DNA of 62,025 nt, filler included. It is 5 parts of 5 records of this genome, joined end to end, with 100 filler letters (N's around TTAATTAATTAA, not from the genome) between each part and the next. Parts side by side here need not be neighbours in the genome. Positions count along the whole stretch, not along the records: positions 9,379 to 17,827 come from SRR20825006_2655; positions 17,928 to 24,944 come from SRR20825006_2656; 3 more parts are not named here. One strand, given 5' to 3'. The notes under the pieces were generated by a model. It did no database searches, was not told where the DNA came from, and saw nothing but the letters and a program-made list of their open reading frames with translations. Both the position numbers and the translations under genes were made by a program. Below, piece after piece: positions 9,379 through 19,172 of this stretch (position 1 is the first letter of the stretch; each line of letters begins with the position of its first letter).

Positions 9379-10992
9379 GCTACAGCATATGCATACCTCG
9401 ATGCATTTATAGGTAAACAAGATTGGGAAAAGCGTCTTAAGTTTTTAAATGAATTAAAATCAATTACAAAACAAGAATTAGTAGAGTTTGCAAACGCACA
9501 CTACAAAAACAATTATGTAGTTGCGTTTAAAAAACAAGGTAAGGATAGCACGACTGTAAAGGTTGAGAATCCAAATATTACACCAATTCAAGTAAATAGA
9601 AATAAGCAATCTCAGTTCTTGACAGACTTTAATACGATGGATTCTCCTACGTTAAAGCCACAGTTTGTAGATTATAGCAAAGCAATAAAAACACAAAAAA
9701 CTGCGAACGGTCTAGATTTACAATTCGTGTTAAATGAGAGTAATGAGTTGTTTACCCTAAATATAATATTTGATATGGGTAGTGATCACGATAAAGAATT
9801 ATCGTTAGCTGCTGGTTATCTTGATTTTTTAGGAACAGATAAGTATACGCCTAAGGAACTAAAAAAGGAATTTTATAAAATAGGTGTAGATTATAGTGTT
9901 TATACCCAAAATGATAAAACTTATATAAGTTTAAGTGGTTTAGGAGAAAACTTAGAAAAAGGATTAGAGCTTATCCAACACCTATGGGATAACGCAATAC
10001 CAAATCAGGAAGCATATGATAAATATGTTGAAAGTATTGCAAAAAATAGAGAGGATAAAAAAACGGAAAAACGTAATATCCTTTTTAATGGATTAATGAA
10101 TTTTGGTAAATACGGAGAAGACTCCAGGCTAAGAGATATTTATTCAATAAAAGAATTACAAAACATTAAACCTTCAGATTTAGTACAAAAAGTTAAAGAT
10201 CTGCAAGACTTTAAACATCGTATTTTCTATTACGGTAATGATGTTGAAACTGCTAATTCTGCAATATCTAATCAATTACAAATTGCTGATACCTTAAAAG
10301 AGTATCCAGATCCTAAAGATTATAATGAAAAAGATACGGGTGGTCGTGTTTACTTTACAAATTACGATATGACTCAAACTGAAATTGTGTTTATAGCAAA
10401 AGGCGAAGAATTTGATGCTAAGAAAATGGCAGCGACAAACCTTTTTAACACCTATTTTGGTAGTGGGCTTTCATCAATCGTATTTCAGGATATTCGTGAA
10501 AGTAAAGCATTGGCTTACTCAGCATTTTCCTCATATCAAAATGCGTCAGAAAAAGGAGAACCTAATTATGTAATGGCATATATTGGCACACAAGCTAATA
10601 AAATGCCAGAAGCAGTTGAGGCTATGATGGATTTAATGTCTAATATGCCAGAAGCAAAAGATCAATTTCAAGCCGCAAAAGAAGCCACGCTTAAAAAAAT
10701 TGCCGCTAATAGAATTACTAAAGCAGATATATTCTGGACTTATGAAAGCATTAAGAAAAGAGGACTTTCAAAAGACAACAGACAGGAAATGTATAATGCT
10801 GTATTGGAAATGACCTTAGATGATCTAAGTAACTTCTTCGAAGAAAATATAAAAGGTGAAAACTATAACATATTAGTCATAGGCAATAAAAATGAAATCA
10901 ATTTTGAAGCATTATCCAAGTATGGTGAAATTATAGAATTAGATAGAGATTATCTTTTTAATTATGAAGTCCCAACTTCTATAAAAAACTAA
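9379..10992 (+). CDS. M16 (insulinase) family peptidase, C-terminal part, 5'-truncated
   Basis: Frame open from contig edge; FDMGS, LGTDKY, YFGSGLSSIVFQDIRESKALAYSA. Confidence 0.9.
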   Translation, partial: ATAYAYLDAFIGKQDWEKRLKFLNELKSITKQELVEFANAHYKNNYVVAFKKQGKDSTTVKVENPNITPIQVNRNKQSQFLTDFNTMDSPTLKPQFVDYSKAIKTQKTANGLDLQFVLNESNELFTLNIIFDMGSDHDKELSLAAGYLDFLGTDKYTPKELKKEFYKIGVDYSVYTQNDKTYISLSGLGENLEKGLELIQHLWDNAIPNQEAYDKYVESIAKNREDKKTEKRNILFNGLMNFGKYGEDSRLRDIYSIKELQNIKPSDLVQKVKDLQDFKHRIFYYGNDVETANSAISNQLQIADTLKEYPDPKDYNEKDTGGRVYFTNYDMTQTEIVFIAKGEEFDAKKMAATNLFNTYFGSGLSSIVFQDIRESKALAYSAFSSYQNASEKGEPNYVMAYIGTQANKMPEAVEAMMDLMSNMPEAKDQFQAAKEATLKKIAANRITKADIFWTYESIKKRGLSKDNRQEMYNAVLEMTLDDLSNFFEENIKGENYNILVIGNKNEINFEALSKYGEIIELDRDYLFNYEVPTSIKN

Positions 10993-11046
10993 AAAAAATA
11001 ATGAGTAATATTCTGAAAACGTAATAATTACGATTTAATGATATTG

Positions 11047-11076
11047 AAAAAATACCCAATTTTAGGTATTTTTTTT
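11047..11076 (+). terminator. Intrinsic terminator after M16 peptidase gene
   Basis: AAAAAATACC-caatttta-GGTATTTTTTTT. Confidence 0.6.
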
Positions 11077-11091
11077 GGTTTTGTTTAACAA

Positions 11092-11099
11092 TAAGTTTG
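11092..11099 (+). promoter_or_regulatory. Bacteroidota -7 promoter element for the five-gene operon
   Basis: TAAGTTTG matches TAnnTTTG, ending 28 nt before the ATG at 11128. Confidence 0.6.
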
Positions 11100-11127
11100 T
11101 AACGCCTTCTAACTAAAATTATGCGTT

Positions 11128-13584
11128 ATGGTTAAATATTTCCTTTTTCTCACATTTATTTTTTCTGCTTTATTAATACCTAATGGGTATTCAAACACCT
11201 TAGGTCACACAAATGGAGCGGTTGGTTTAGAGTCTAATATCACTAACGAAGCTGTTATATACATTATTAAAAATGGTGGCGGTTCCACAGTAGATATTTT
11301 TCATGATTATGAGTATTTGGGTGCTCCAGCTGGAAGAAATATTATTAAACTATTTGTAGCGCCAGGCGTTCATAATTTAACAGCAGTAGTATCTAAAGAC
11401 GCCTATACATTGCAGTTAGATGCAGTTGCTGGTGAAGAGTATTATATATATGCAGATCCAGGAGAAGATCAAATTTTGTTTGATGCAAGAAGTGATGCTA
11501 AATCTAATAAAGATTTTCATAAAGATTTAGGTAAAGATTTAGATTACTTAACACCAAACTTAAAGGACAGATCTAAAGCATCTAAAAAATATCAGATGTA
11601 CGTATCTGCAGCATTAAGATATCCAGGACAATTAATTGAAGATGAAGACTCAAGTCTTATGCAGGTGTCTTCAGCGCCAATCACCTCTATTTATAGTCAG
11701 GAAGAAAAGATTAATGCTATAAGGGCTAGAAAAGGCAAGGCTCCTAAAAGTAAATCTAAATCTAAAAACTCAATTTTTTCAGGAATAACCTCTATAGTAG
11801 GATTAAACGCAAATACTACTAATACTGCACCAATGTCTTCGGTTGCTGCTACTACCACAAGTGTAAAGGTAGAAGAAGTGCCTACAGAAACTATAAACTT
11901 TTATAAAGCAGCTCAAGCAGAATTAATTAATACTCTAGAAAAGACAGAAGGTATAGATGCTAATCTAAAGTGGGATATTTTAAAAATGAGCAACGATCAG
12001 TTAAAGACAGGATTTTCTTTAACCAATGCAAGTTTTAATGATGAGTATGAATCAGATCTTCAGCAAATAGATAAGTTAGCCTTATCTGGAGAAGAAAAGT
12101 ATATTAAATTTAAAAGAATGCAGGAGTCTGGTGATGCTGACTCTGCAAACATTGAAGATCAAGCTGCTGGTATAGCAAGTATAATAGCTGAAAAAAATGG
12201 CTTTGTATTGCAATCTCCAGACGCTGCAGATGCTTCATCTGGACCTAGTACAGAAGAAGCTGCTACAGATATTGCTTCTATTGCAACAACTTCAGAAGTT
12301 TCTTTAAACAAGCGTGATGCTATGTATAAAGAAATACAGAAGATGAAGCTTGAAAACGGGTTTACAAGTGTAAATAAATCTGTGTCAAATGCAGTGTCTA
12401 ATGAAAATTATGATGAAGATGCAAGAGTAAAAGATAATAGAGGAAGTTTAGAGGAAACAGGTTTAAAGTATAGACGTAGTTCTTTATACACATTAATGAT
12501 AAATGATAAAAATAGAGAGCATTATGGTCGTATCAGAAATTCCTTTGGAGATATTGAATTGTCAGAAAAATTTAATGATCATAATGTAGGTCCTTACCTA
12601 ATTCCAGGAACAGAAGGAGAAGATCAAACACTTAACATTAATAATTTCTTGGCACAAAATAACATTGCAAAAGAACTTGTGGCAAAGTGGTTTAACAGAT
12701 CTGCAGATGGTACGTTTAATATGGATCTTGTTGCAGAGCGCGGATCTTATGACGCAAGTGAGTTAGATGTTATGGTTGCTCAAGAAAGCAAACGTGGAAG
12801 TGCTTTACTGGCAGATGCAGGAGAAGAACTTATAAAAAACACATTCATTGTAGTTTACGACTATAAGTATTCTAATAAAGAAGAGTCTGCTAAAAAGACT
12901 GGTGGTTGGTTAAGTGCAATAAGTACTGTTGCAAGCTATGCAGGTTTAGATGTTGTATCAAGCGTTGCAGATGTTGCAAATATTGCGCAAACAACTATGG
13001 GTAAAGGCTATTTTGTAAAAACAACGGCTTATCTGTACAAACTTAAATGGGACGAAGAAATAGCATCACGCTTTTATAATGAGATGTGGATAGATGAAAG
13101 TAATTACGATCCGTCTAAAAAAGAAGCATTTGATAATACAGACATGTTTCAGTTAGAGTTTGTAGGAACTCAAGTAGCGCGTAGAAATTTACAGTCTTCT
13201 ATATTTTCTTCTAAGACAAATGAAGACTTAATAGGTATTGCAACAATTCGCGCAGCAGATAAATCTATCTCAAAACTTCAACGAGAATACGAACAATTTA
13301 GAGTTAAAACTCCATTGTTAAGTGGAGAACCTATTACAGCTGCAATCGGCGTGAAAGAAGGCTTAGAAAAAGGCGACAAGTTTGAAGTTTTAGAACAAAC
13401 CATAAATGATGATGGCGTAACAGAATATAAGCGTGTAGGAATAATAAAAGTAGACCACAAGCAAATTTGGGACAACAGCTATTTGGCAGAAGAAGACCAA
13501 ACCGCAAATAAATCTGGATACACAGTATTTAAAGGTGCAAAAAACAAATTTTATCCAGGAATGCTTATAAGACAAATTAAATAA
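11128..13584 (+). CDS. Exported multidomain hypothetical protein (DUF2846-like N-domain, low-complexity linker, alpha/beta domain, FlgT-C-like end)
   Basis: Signal peptide; VIYI...YLG....V.PG.H.L....L...AGEEYYI; C-terminal ITAAIGVKEGLEKGDKFEVLE...KRVGIIKV. Confidence 0.7.
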   Translation: MVKYFLFLTFIFSALLIPNGYSNTLGHTNGAVGLESNITNEAVIYIIKNGGGSTVDIFHDYEYLGAPAGRNIIKLFVAPGVHNLTAVVSKDAYTLQLDAVAGEEYYIYADPGEDQILFDARSDAKSNKDFHKDLGKDLDYLTPNLKDRSKASKKYQMYVSAALRYPGQLIEDEDSSLMQVSSAPITSIYSQEEKINAIRARKGKAPKSKSKSKNSIFSGITSIVGLNANTTNTAPMSSVAATTTSVKVEEVPTETINFYKAAQAELINTLEKTEGIDANLKWDILKMSNDQLKTGFSLTNASFNDEYESDLQQIDKLALSGEEKYIKFKRMQESGDADSANIEDQAAGIASIIAEKNGFVLQSPDAADASSGPSTEEAATDIASIATTSEVSLNKRDAMYKEIQKMKLENGFTSVNKSVSNAVSNENYDEDARVKDNRGSLEETGLKYRRSSLYTLMINDKNREHYGRIRNSFGDIELSEKFNDHNVGPYLIPGTEGEDQTLNINNFLAQNNIAKELVAKWFNRSADGTFNMDLVAERGSYDASELDVMVAQESKRGSALLADAGEELIKNTFIVVYDYKYSNKEESAKKTGGWLSAISTVASYAGLDVVSSVADVANIAQTTMGKGYFVKTTAYLYKLKWDEEIASRFYNEMWIDESNYDPSKKEAFDNTDMFQLEFVGTQVARRNLQSSIFSSKTNEDLIGIATIRAADKSISKLQREYEQFRVKTPLLSGEPITAAIGVKEGLEKGDKFEVLEQTINDDGVTEYKRVGIIKVDHKQIWDNSYLAEEDQTANKSGYTVFKGAKNKFYPGMLIRQIK

Positions 13585-13601
13585 CCCTAATTATTATAAT
13601 T

Positions 13602-14132
13602 ATGATTAAACAAGTAAAACTATGCTGTGTAACTGTTCTGTTTTTAATAACAGGCGTAACAGTTAATGCTCAAAAACGCTTTGAAAAGCGAGCAGATGAA
13701 GATACCAAAAACTGGCGTTATGAGATAGACTGTGTAGGAACAGGAAAAGACGGTACATCTCTTATAAAAGTATGGTCTTATTCTAAGAAACCACAAGTAG
13801 CAATGGAGCAAGCAAAGAAAAATGCTGTTCACGGCGTTATTTTTAAAGGTGTTCCTCAAGGAGAACGTGGTTGTGTTTCACAACCAGCATTAGCAAGAAA
13901 CTCTAACGTAGAACAGGAAAAACAGGCCTACTTTAATGACTTTTTTGCTGAAGGTGGAAAGTATATGAAGTTTGTAAACCTTACTACAGATGGTGCAATA
14001 GGCCCTGGCGATAGGGTGAAGATTAGTAGAAAAGAATACAAAATGGGAGTGATAGTTTCAGTTAATAAGGCACTCTTAAGAAAGGAGCTAGAAGATGCAG
14101 GAATTGTAAGAGGACTTTCTTCTGGATTTTAA
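13602..14132 (+). CDS. Exported hypothetical protein, LPP20/FlgP-like
   Basis: Signal peptide VNA-Q; A.EQAKKNAV..VIFKG helix; paralog of next gene. Confidence 0.7.
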   Translation: MIKQVKLCCVTVLFLITGVTVNAQKRFEKRADEDTKNWRYEIDCVGTGKDGTSLIKVWSYSKKPQVAMEQAKKNAVHGVIFKGVPQGERGCVSQPALARNSNVEQEKQAYFNDFFAEGGKYMKFVNLTTDGAIGPGDRVKISRKEYKMGVIVSVNKALLRKELEDAGIVRGLSSGF

Positions 14133-14149
14133 TTTAAAACTATAAACAC

Positions 14150-14635
14150 ATGAAACTAAAATTCACCTTTATAATAGCAGCCTTAACAACCTTCGTGATG
14201 TTAACTGGTTGCAGAACGCCAGAGAAGAGCTCAGGATATTACAATTATTCTGTAGAGTGTTTAGGCAATGAGAACAATGGTAATATCATAGTAAAAAGTT
14301 GGGGAACAGGAAGAGATAGAAATGAAGCTGAAGCCAATGCTGAAAAAAATGCCTTAAAAGATATCATGTTTAAAGGCATAAGAAATGGTAAGGAAGAATG
14401 CGGAAGCAGACCCTTAATTGTTAAGCCAAATACATTAGAAAATAATGAGGTGTATTTTAATCGCTTCTTTACAAGTACCTACAAGAAATTTGTGGCTATG
14501 CATAGAGAGCCATTATTAGATAGAACTTTTAATCCTAACCCAAGAACTAATAAGAATGTAGCCTATGCATTAACCTTAACAGTAGATGTTTCGATGCTTA
14601 AAAGCCACCTTGTTAGAGATAACATAATAGACTAA
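14150..14635 (+). CDS. Hypothetical lipoprotein, LPP20/FlgP-like
   Basis: Lipobox LTGC; WGTG....EA..NAEKNAL..IMFKG; paralog of previous gene. Confidence 0.7.
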   Translation: MKLKFTFIIAALTTFVMLTGCRTPEKSSGYYNYSVECLGNENNGNIIVKSWGTGRDRNEAEANAEKNALKDIMFKGIRNGKEECGSRPLIVKPNTLENNEVYFNRFFTSTYKKFVAMHREPLLDRTFNPNPRTNKNVAYALTLTVDVSMLKSHLVRDNIID

Positions 14636-14640
14636 GTACT

Positions 14641-15597
14641 ATGAGAAAAATTATAACACTTTTATTATTAGCTGTAAGTACCCTAGCAATTGGGCAAGCA
14701 AAAAAACCTACTCTTATGGTAGTACCAAGTGATGCTTGGTGTATACAAAATGGGTACAGTATGAATTTTGAAAATCAAGGTACTGTAGAGACTATTCCAG
14801 ATTACAAAGCCGCTTTTCAAAATGATCCAGACCTTTTACTTGTTATAAGTAAAATTAATGGTCTTATGGCAGATCGTGGCTTTCCACTTCAAAATATGGA
14901 GTCTGTAATTAAGTCTCTAAATAGTTATTCTGCAGAAGATGCCTTAAGGTCTTCCAAATCTGGAGGCGAAGTAGAAGAAAGTCCTGTTGATAGATTTAAA
15001 GCTGTAGCAAAAGCAGATATTATTATGCAACTAACCTGGACGTTAAACAAAACAGGACCAAAACGTTCTGTAACTTTTAACTTGCAAGGCTTAGATGCTT
15101 ATTCAAATAAACAGATAGCAACAGCAGCAGGAACAGGAGCGCCATCATTCTCTGCAGAATTGCCTGTACTTTTGGAAGAATCTGTACTATCACACATGGA
15201 TAATTTTACTAACTCTCTACAAAATCATTTTGATGATTTATTTGAAAATGGTCGCGAGATTAAAATTAGAATTAAACGTTGGGATGATTGGGATGAAGAT
15301 CTTGAAAGCTCTTTTGGTCCAGAAGATGAAGAGTTAAGTTTTATTATTGAAGATTGGATAGCAGATAATACAGTAAAGGGAAGGTTCTCTACAACAGATG
15401 CTACAGAGAATATGATGATTTTTGACCAAGTTAGAATTCCATTGTATTATACTAGAAATGGTAGAGAACGCGCAATGGATACAAGACGATTTGCAAAAGG
15501 GCTAAGTGATATGCTCAAAAATTCGCCTTATAATATTGTAAACAAATTAACAACAAGAGGATTAGGCGAAGCCACTATCTTTTTGGGAAGTAAATAA
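14641..15597 (+). CDS. Exported protein, DUF6175 family (recognised from memory)
   Basis: Signal peptide then QAKKPTLMVVPSD.WC; ADIIMQL.W; L.GLDAY.NKQIA...GTG; GLGEA. Confidence 0.7.
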   Translation: MRKIITLLLLAVSTLAIGQAKKPTLMVVPSDAWCIQNGYSMNFENQGTVETIPDYKAAFQNDPDLLLVISKINGLMADRGFPLQNMESVIKSLNSYSAEDALRSSKSGGEVEESPVDRFKAVAKADIIMQLTWTLNKTGPKRSVTFNLQGLDAYSNKQIATAAGTGAPSFSAELPVLLEESVLSHMDNFTNSLQNHFDDLFENGREIKIRIKRWDDWDEDLESSFGPEDEELSFIIEDWIADNTVKGRFSTTDATENMMIFDQVRIPLYYTRNGRERAMDTRRFAKGLSDMLKNSPYNIVNKLTTRGLGEATIFLGSK

Positions 15598-15606
15598 TAA
15601 TACATC

Positions 15607-16584
15607 ATGAAAAGATATATAAAATATAGTGTTGTGGTAGGCCTTTTATTGGCGCTACTACCGTTACAAGCTCAAAACGATTTTGGAACTTCAGACGATT
15701 TAGGTAGAATACAGCTTACCTCTTATGTCTCTAACCAAATTGAAAATCTACCAATAGTTGCTCGTAATAACTTACAAAGTAAATTGGCAAGAGCCGTTAA
15801 TAAATACGGTTTAGGAGGATCTACCAATAATGCAAGATTTATAATTACACCAAATGTTTCTGTCCTAGAGAAAAATGTGTTGGCTACGGCGCCACCTAGA
15901 GTTGTAGTTGTTTTAGATATTGGATTATTTGTAGGAGATGGTGTTTCTGGCACTAAATTTTCTTCAGGATCTATTACTGCTAAAGGAGTAGGCTCTAATG
16001 AAACAAAAGCATATATAAATGCATTTAAACAATTACGTCCCGAAAACAAAGAATTTAAAAACGTAATTGAAGCAGCAAAGCCTAAGATATTAGAGTATTA
16101 TAATACTAATTGTGATTTTATTGTAGCTGAAGCTCAAAACCAGGCTGCACAAAATAATTTTGATATGGCTTTACTTAACTTAACCACAGTGCCACAAGTA
16201 AGTAAAGATTGTTATAGCAAAGTATCTGCATTAATTCCAGAATACTATCAAAAGAAGATAGATACAGAGTGTAATCTAAAACTAAACAATGCACGTAATG
16301 TTTGGAATACAGATCAAAATTTAGATGGAGCAGACAAAGCAGGGATTATACTTTCTAGTATAGACCCTAACGCTTCTTGTTATAGAGATGCTGTACGTCT
16401 GTCTAACGATATAGGAAAACGTGTAAAAGACCTTACAGATCGTGAATGGAAGTATATTCTAAATCAGCAGAAACTTGATGCTCAAGTAGAAAAAGCGTCT
16501 TTAGATACAGCTCAAAAAGTATTGACAACCTATTTTGAAAACCAACCACAAACAATTAACTATAATGTGAGAGGTTGGTGGTAA
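15607..16584 (+). CDS. Exported hypothetical protein (alpha/beta N-domain, Cys-containing helical C-domain)
   Basis: Signal peptide LQA-Q; GVGSNETKAYINAF; four Cys in helical half; ends YNVRGWW. Confidence 0.75.
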   Translation: MKRYIKYSVVVGLLLALLPLQAQNDFGTSDDLGRIQLTSYVSNQIENLPIVARNNLQSKLARAVNKYGLGGSTNNARFIITPNVSVLEKNVLATAPPRVVVVLDIGLFVGDGVSGTKFSSGSITAKGVGSNETKAYINAFKQLRPENKEFKNVIEAAKPKILEYYNTNCDFIVAEAQNQAAQNNFDMALLNLTTVPQVSKDCYSKVSALIPEYYQKKIDTECNLKLNNARNVWNTDQNLDGADKAGIILSSIDPNASCYRDAVRLSNDIGKRVKDLTDREWKYILNQQKLDAQVEKASLDTAQKVLTTYFENQPQTINYNVRGWW

Positions 16585-16607
16585 TAGCTAATTAATAGTG
16601 TTAATAT

Positions 16608-16638
16608 AAACCGTCACAGCTATTGTGGCGGTTTTTTT
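16608..16638 (+). terminator. Intrinsic terminator closing the five-gene operon
   Basis: AAACCGTCACA-gctat-TGTGGCGGTTT running into a T7 tract. Confidence 0.85.
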
Positions 16639-16701
16639 ATGCGTGATACATTTAACTTGTTATATTTACAACCATTGAACAACCAAACACGATTTAATAC
16701 T

Positions 16702-17448
16702 ATGAAATTATTAGAAGGTAAGAACGCAATTATAACGGGTGCAAGTAGAGGTATAGGTAAAGGTATTGCCGAAGTTTTTGCAAAACACGGTGCTAACGTT
16801 GCATTTACATACAGTTCGTCTTCTGAAGCTGCAGAAGAATTGGAAAAAGAACTTTCAGCTTTAGGGGTTAAAGCTAAAGCTTATAAAAGTAATGCAGCAA
16901 GCTTTCAACAATGTCAGGACTTGGTTTCTGATGTGGCAAGAGATTTTGAAAGTATAGATATTCTTATAAATAACGCAGGTATTACTAAAGACAATTTGTT
17001 AATGCGTATGACAGAAGAAGATTTTGATAAAGTTATAGATGTTAACTTGAAATCTGTCTTTAATATGACTAAAGCTGTACAACGTACTATGCTTAAGCAA
17101 CGTAAAGGAAGCATTATTAATATGAGTAGTGTTGTAGGTGTAAAAGGTAATGCAGGACAAAGTAACTATGCAGCATCTAAAGCTGGTATTGTAGGTTTTT
17201 CTAAATCTATGGCATTAGAGCTTGGAAGCAGAAATATTAGAACAAACGTAATTGCACCTGGTTTCATAGAAACTGAAATGACAGGTAAACTAGATGAGAA
17301 AACAGTGCAAAGTTGGAGAGATGCTATCCCATTAAAACGTGGTGGTTCTCCAGAAGATATCGCAAATGTTTGTGTTTTCTTAGGAAGTGATATGAGTGGT
17401 TATGTTACAGGACAAGTATTAAATGTTGATGGTGGTATGCTAACCTAA
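16702..17448 (+). CDS. fabG: 3-oxoacyl-ACP reductase
   Basis: TGASRGIG, NNAGITKD, NYAASKAG, PGFIET.MT; ATG at 16702 preferred. Confidence 0.96.
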   Translation: MKLLEGKNAIITGASRGIGKGIAEVFAKHGANVAFTYSSSSEAAEELEKELSALGVKAKAYKSNAASFQQCQDLVSDVARDFESIDILINNAGITKDNLLMRMTEEDFDKVIDVNLKSVFNMTKAVQRTMLKQRKGSIINMSSVVGVKGNAGQSNYAASKAGIVGFSKSMALELGSRNIRTNVIAPGFIETEMTGKLDEKTVQSWRDAIPLKRGGSPEDIANVCVFLGSDMSGYVTGQVLNVDGGMLT

Positions 17449-17488
17449 ATCAAGATTCAAAAAGAATACGATTCTTGTAATATCACCT

Positions 17489-17827
17489 ATGGAAAGTCAA
17501 ACAATCTTATTAATATTTTTAGCCGCTATTTCTGCTTTAGGAATAGCGGTCTTTCAATATTTAAAATCTAAGAAAGAGCGTACTAAGCGGTCTTTCATGT
17601 TAGCGTTATTAAGATTTGTTTCTATTTTCGGGATATTACTGCTTTTAATAAACCCAAAATTTACAAATACTTCTTACGTACTTGAAAAAAGCAACCTTGT
17701 TTTAGCTGTAGATAATAGTCAATCCATAAACTATTTTAAGTCTACAGATGAGGTTACTGCATTTGTAGCTTCAATTAGAGAGAATAAAAATATTCAAGAA
17801 AAATATAACATTTCAACATTTACGTTT
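17489..17827 (+). CDS. Membrane-anchored VWA-like domain protein, 3'-truncated
   Basis: Two TM helices, LR..S...LLL.NP, DNSQS motif; runs into spacer. Confidence 0.75.
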
Positions 17828-17927
17828 NNNNNNNNNNNNNNNNNNNNNNNNNNNNNNNNNNNNNNNNNNNNTTAATTAATTAANNNNNNNNNNNNNNNNN
17901 NNNNNNNNNNNNNNNNNNNNNNNNNNN
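17828..17927. other. Artificial contig-joining spacer
   Basis: 44 N + TTAATTAATTAA + 44 N. Confidence 0.98.
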
Positions 17928-19172
17928 CTGCCGGTTCTCGCGGGCGAGCGCTACAAGGCCTTCTTAGAAGAAACCATGTGTGACCGTGCCGACTTTTTCT
18001 TTGCGGGCCACGACCACGACCTGCAGTGGCTAATGCCGACGCCATCGTGTGGAAAGACGGAGTTCATTCTGTCTGGCGCGGGAAGTAAAACCCGCAGCCT
18101 GGTGCGGCGCGACGAAAACCCCGTGTTCTACGAGCGCGGCGACAGCTACGGGTTTTTCTGGGTAGAGATCAAAGGCGACCGCATGCGTGGCGAGGCCTAT
18201 GAGGTTGATCCCAATGACCCTGCTTTAGGATTGGGGTCGCTCTCCGACCCCCAGCCGGCTTATGGCCGTCAAACACCGCAACAGCCCTCACAGGGACTGG
18301 CGGCAAGCGATGCCTTTAGCAACCCCCTGCAGGGCGATCCGAGCTTTGATGTGTCGTCGGAGCAGGGCAACCTCGACCCTGTGCAGGAGCAATTGCGTGC
18401 TGGTTTTGATGGTTTGGCTGCAGCCGTACCAGAAGAGAATTTGGCGGCAGTCATCGCCTCGCTGGGCGCTGCGACGGAAGGCTTGATTGAAGTCGTGGAC
18501 GCGCTGGCAAGTGGCGCCCAAGCCGCTGCGACAGAGCAAAACCCGGAATTGATACTGGCGGGTTCTGCCAGGGCGTCGCAGGCATTGCTGTACTCGTTGC
18601 AGCAGTTGCAAGCCATTGCCGACCGCGATGATTTACCCGCACCGTTTGACCAGTTAGCGCCAGCACTGGATGCTTTCAAAGCCGCCAACAACCAAGATGG
18701 TGAGCAGCAGCCCGCGGACCTGCGCAGTTTGACTGACCCGCTGCGGGGCCTGGCTGGCAATATTCAGGGCATTGTCGATGCCATTGAAGAAGAGGCCGGT
18801 ATCGTCCCAGTGGTGGGTGGTAGCTTTGCCCTGCTGTCCGAGCTATTGCTGGACGTGGGCCGCAGCATCGACGCCATCGGCAATGTCAGCGTTAGCGAGC
18901 TTGGGCAAGTGCTGTCTTCTACCGTGGAAGACCTGTTGAATAATATTCTCGTGGGTGTGATCCCCATTGAGCAGTTTGCGCCGGCTGAAGTGACTCAGGC
19001 CATCGGTTTGGGGCCAGCCTTCCTGAGCAGCGCTTTGCTGGCCGTCACCCGAGAATTGGGCTTCCATATTGATAACTTGCTGTTGTCTCAGTTGGATCCG
19101 CTGATCGGCGCTCTGGATCAACTGCTGTTGCGACCGCTGTTTGATGCCTTAGCGGGACTGTCTGAATTCTAG
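17928..19172 (+). CDS. Metallophosphoesterase (purple-acid-phosphatase-like) with long C-terminal helical extension, 5'-truncated
   Basis: Frame open from contig edge; [19 protein letters not shown] motifs; about 300 aa Ala/Leu/Asp-rich tail. Confidence 0.75.
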   Translation: MPVLAGERYKAFLEETMCDRADFFFAGHDHDLQWLMPTPSCGKTEFILSGAGSKTRSLVRRDENPVFYERGDSYGFFWVEIKGDRMRGEAYEVDPNDPALGLGSLSDPQPAYGRQTPQQPSQGLAASDAFSNPLQGDPSFDVSSEQGNLDPVQEQLRAGFDGLAAAVPEENLAAVIASLGAATEGLIEVVDALASGAQAAATEQNPELILAGSARASQALLYSLQQLQAIADRDDLPAPFDQLAPALDAFKAANNQDGEQQPADLRSLTDPLRGLAGNIQGIVDAIEEEAGIVPVVGGSFALLSELLLDVGRSIDAIGNVSVSELGQVLSSTVEDLLNNILVGVIPIEQFAPAEVTQAIGLGPAFLSSALLAVTRELGFHIDNLLLSQLDPLIGALDQLLLRPLFDALAGLSEF

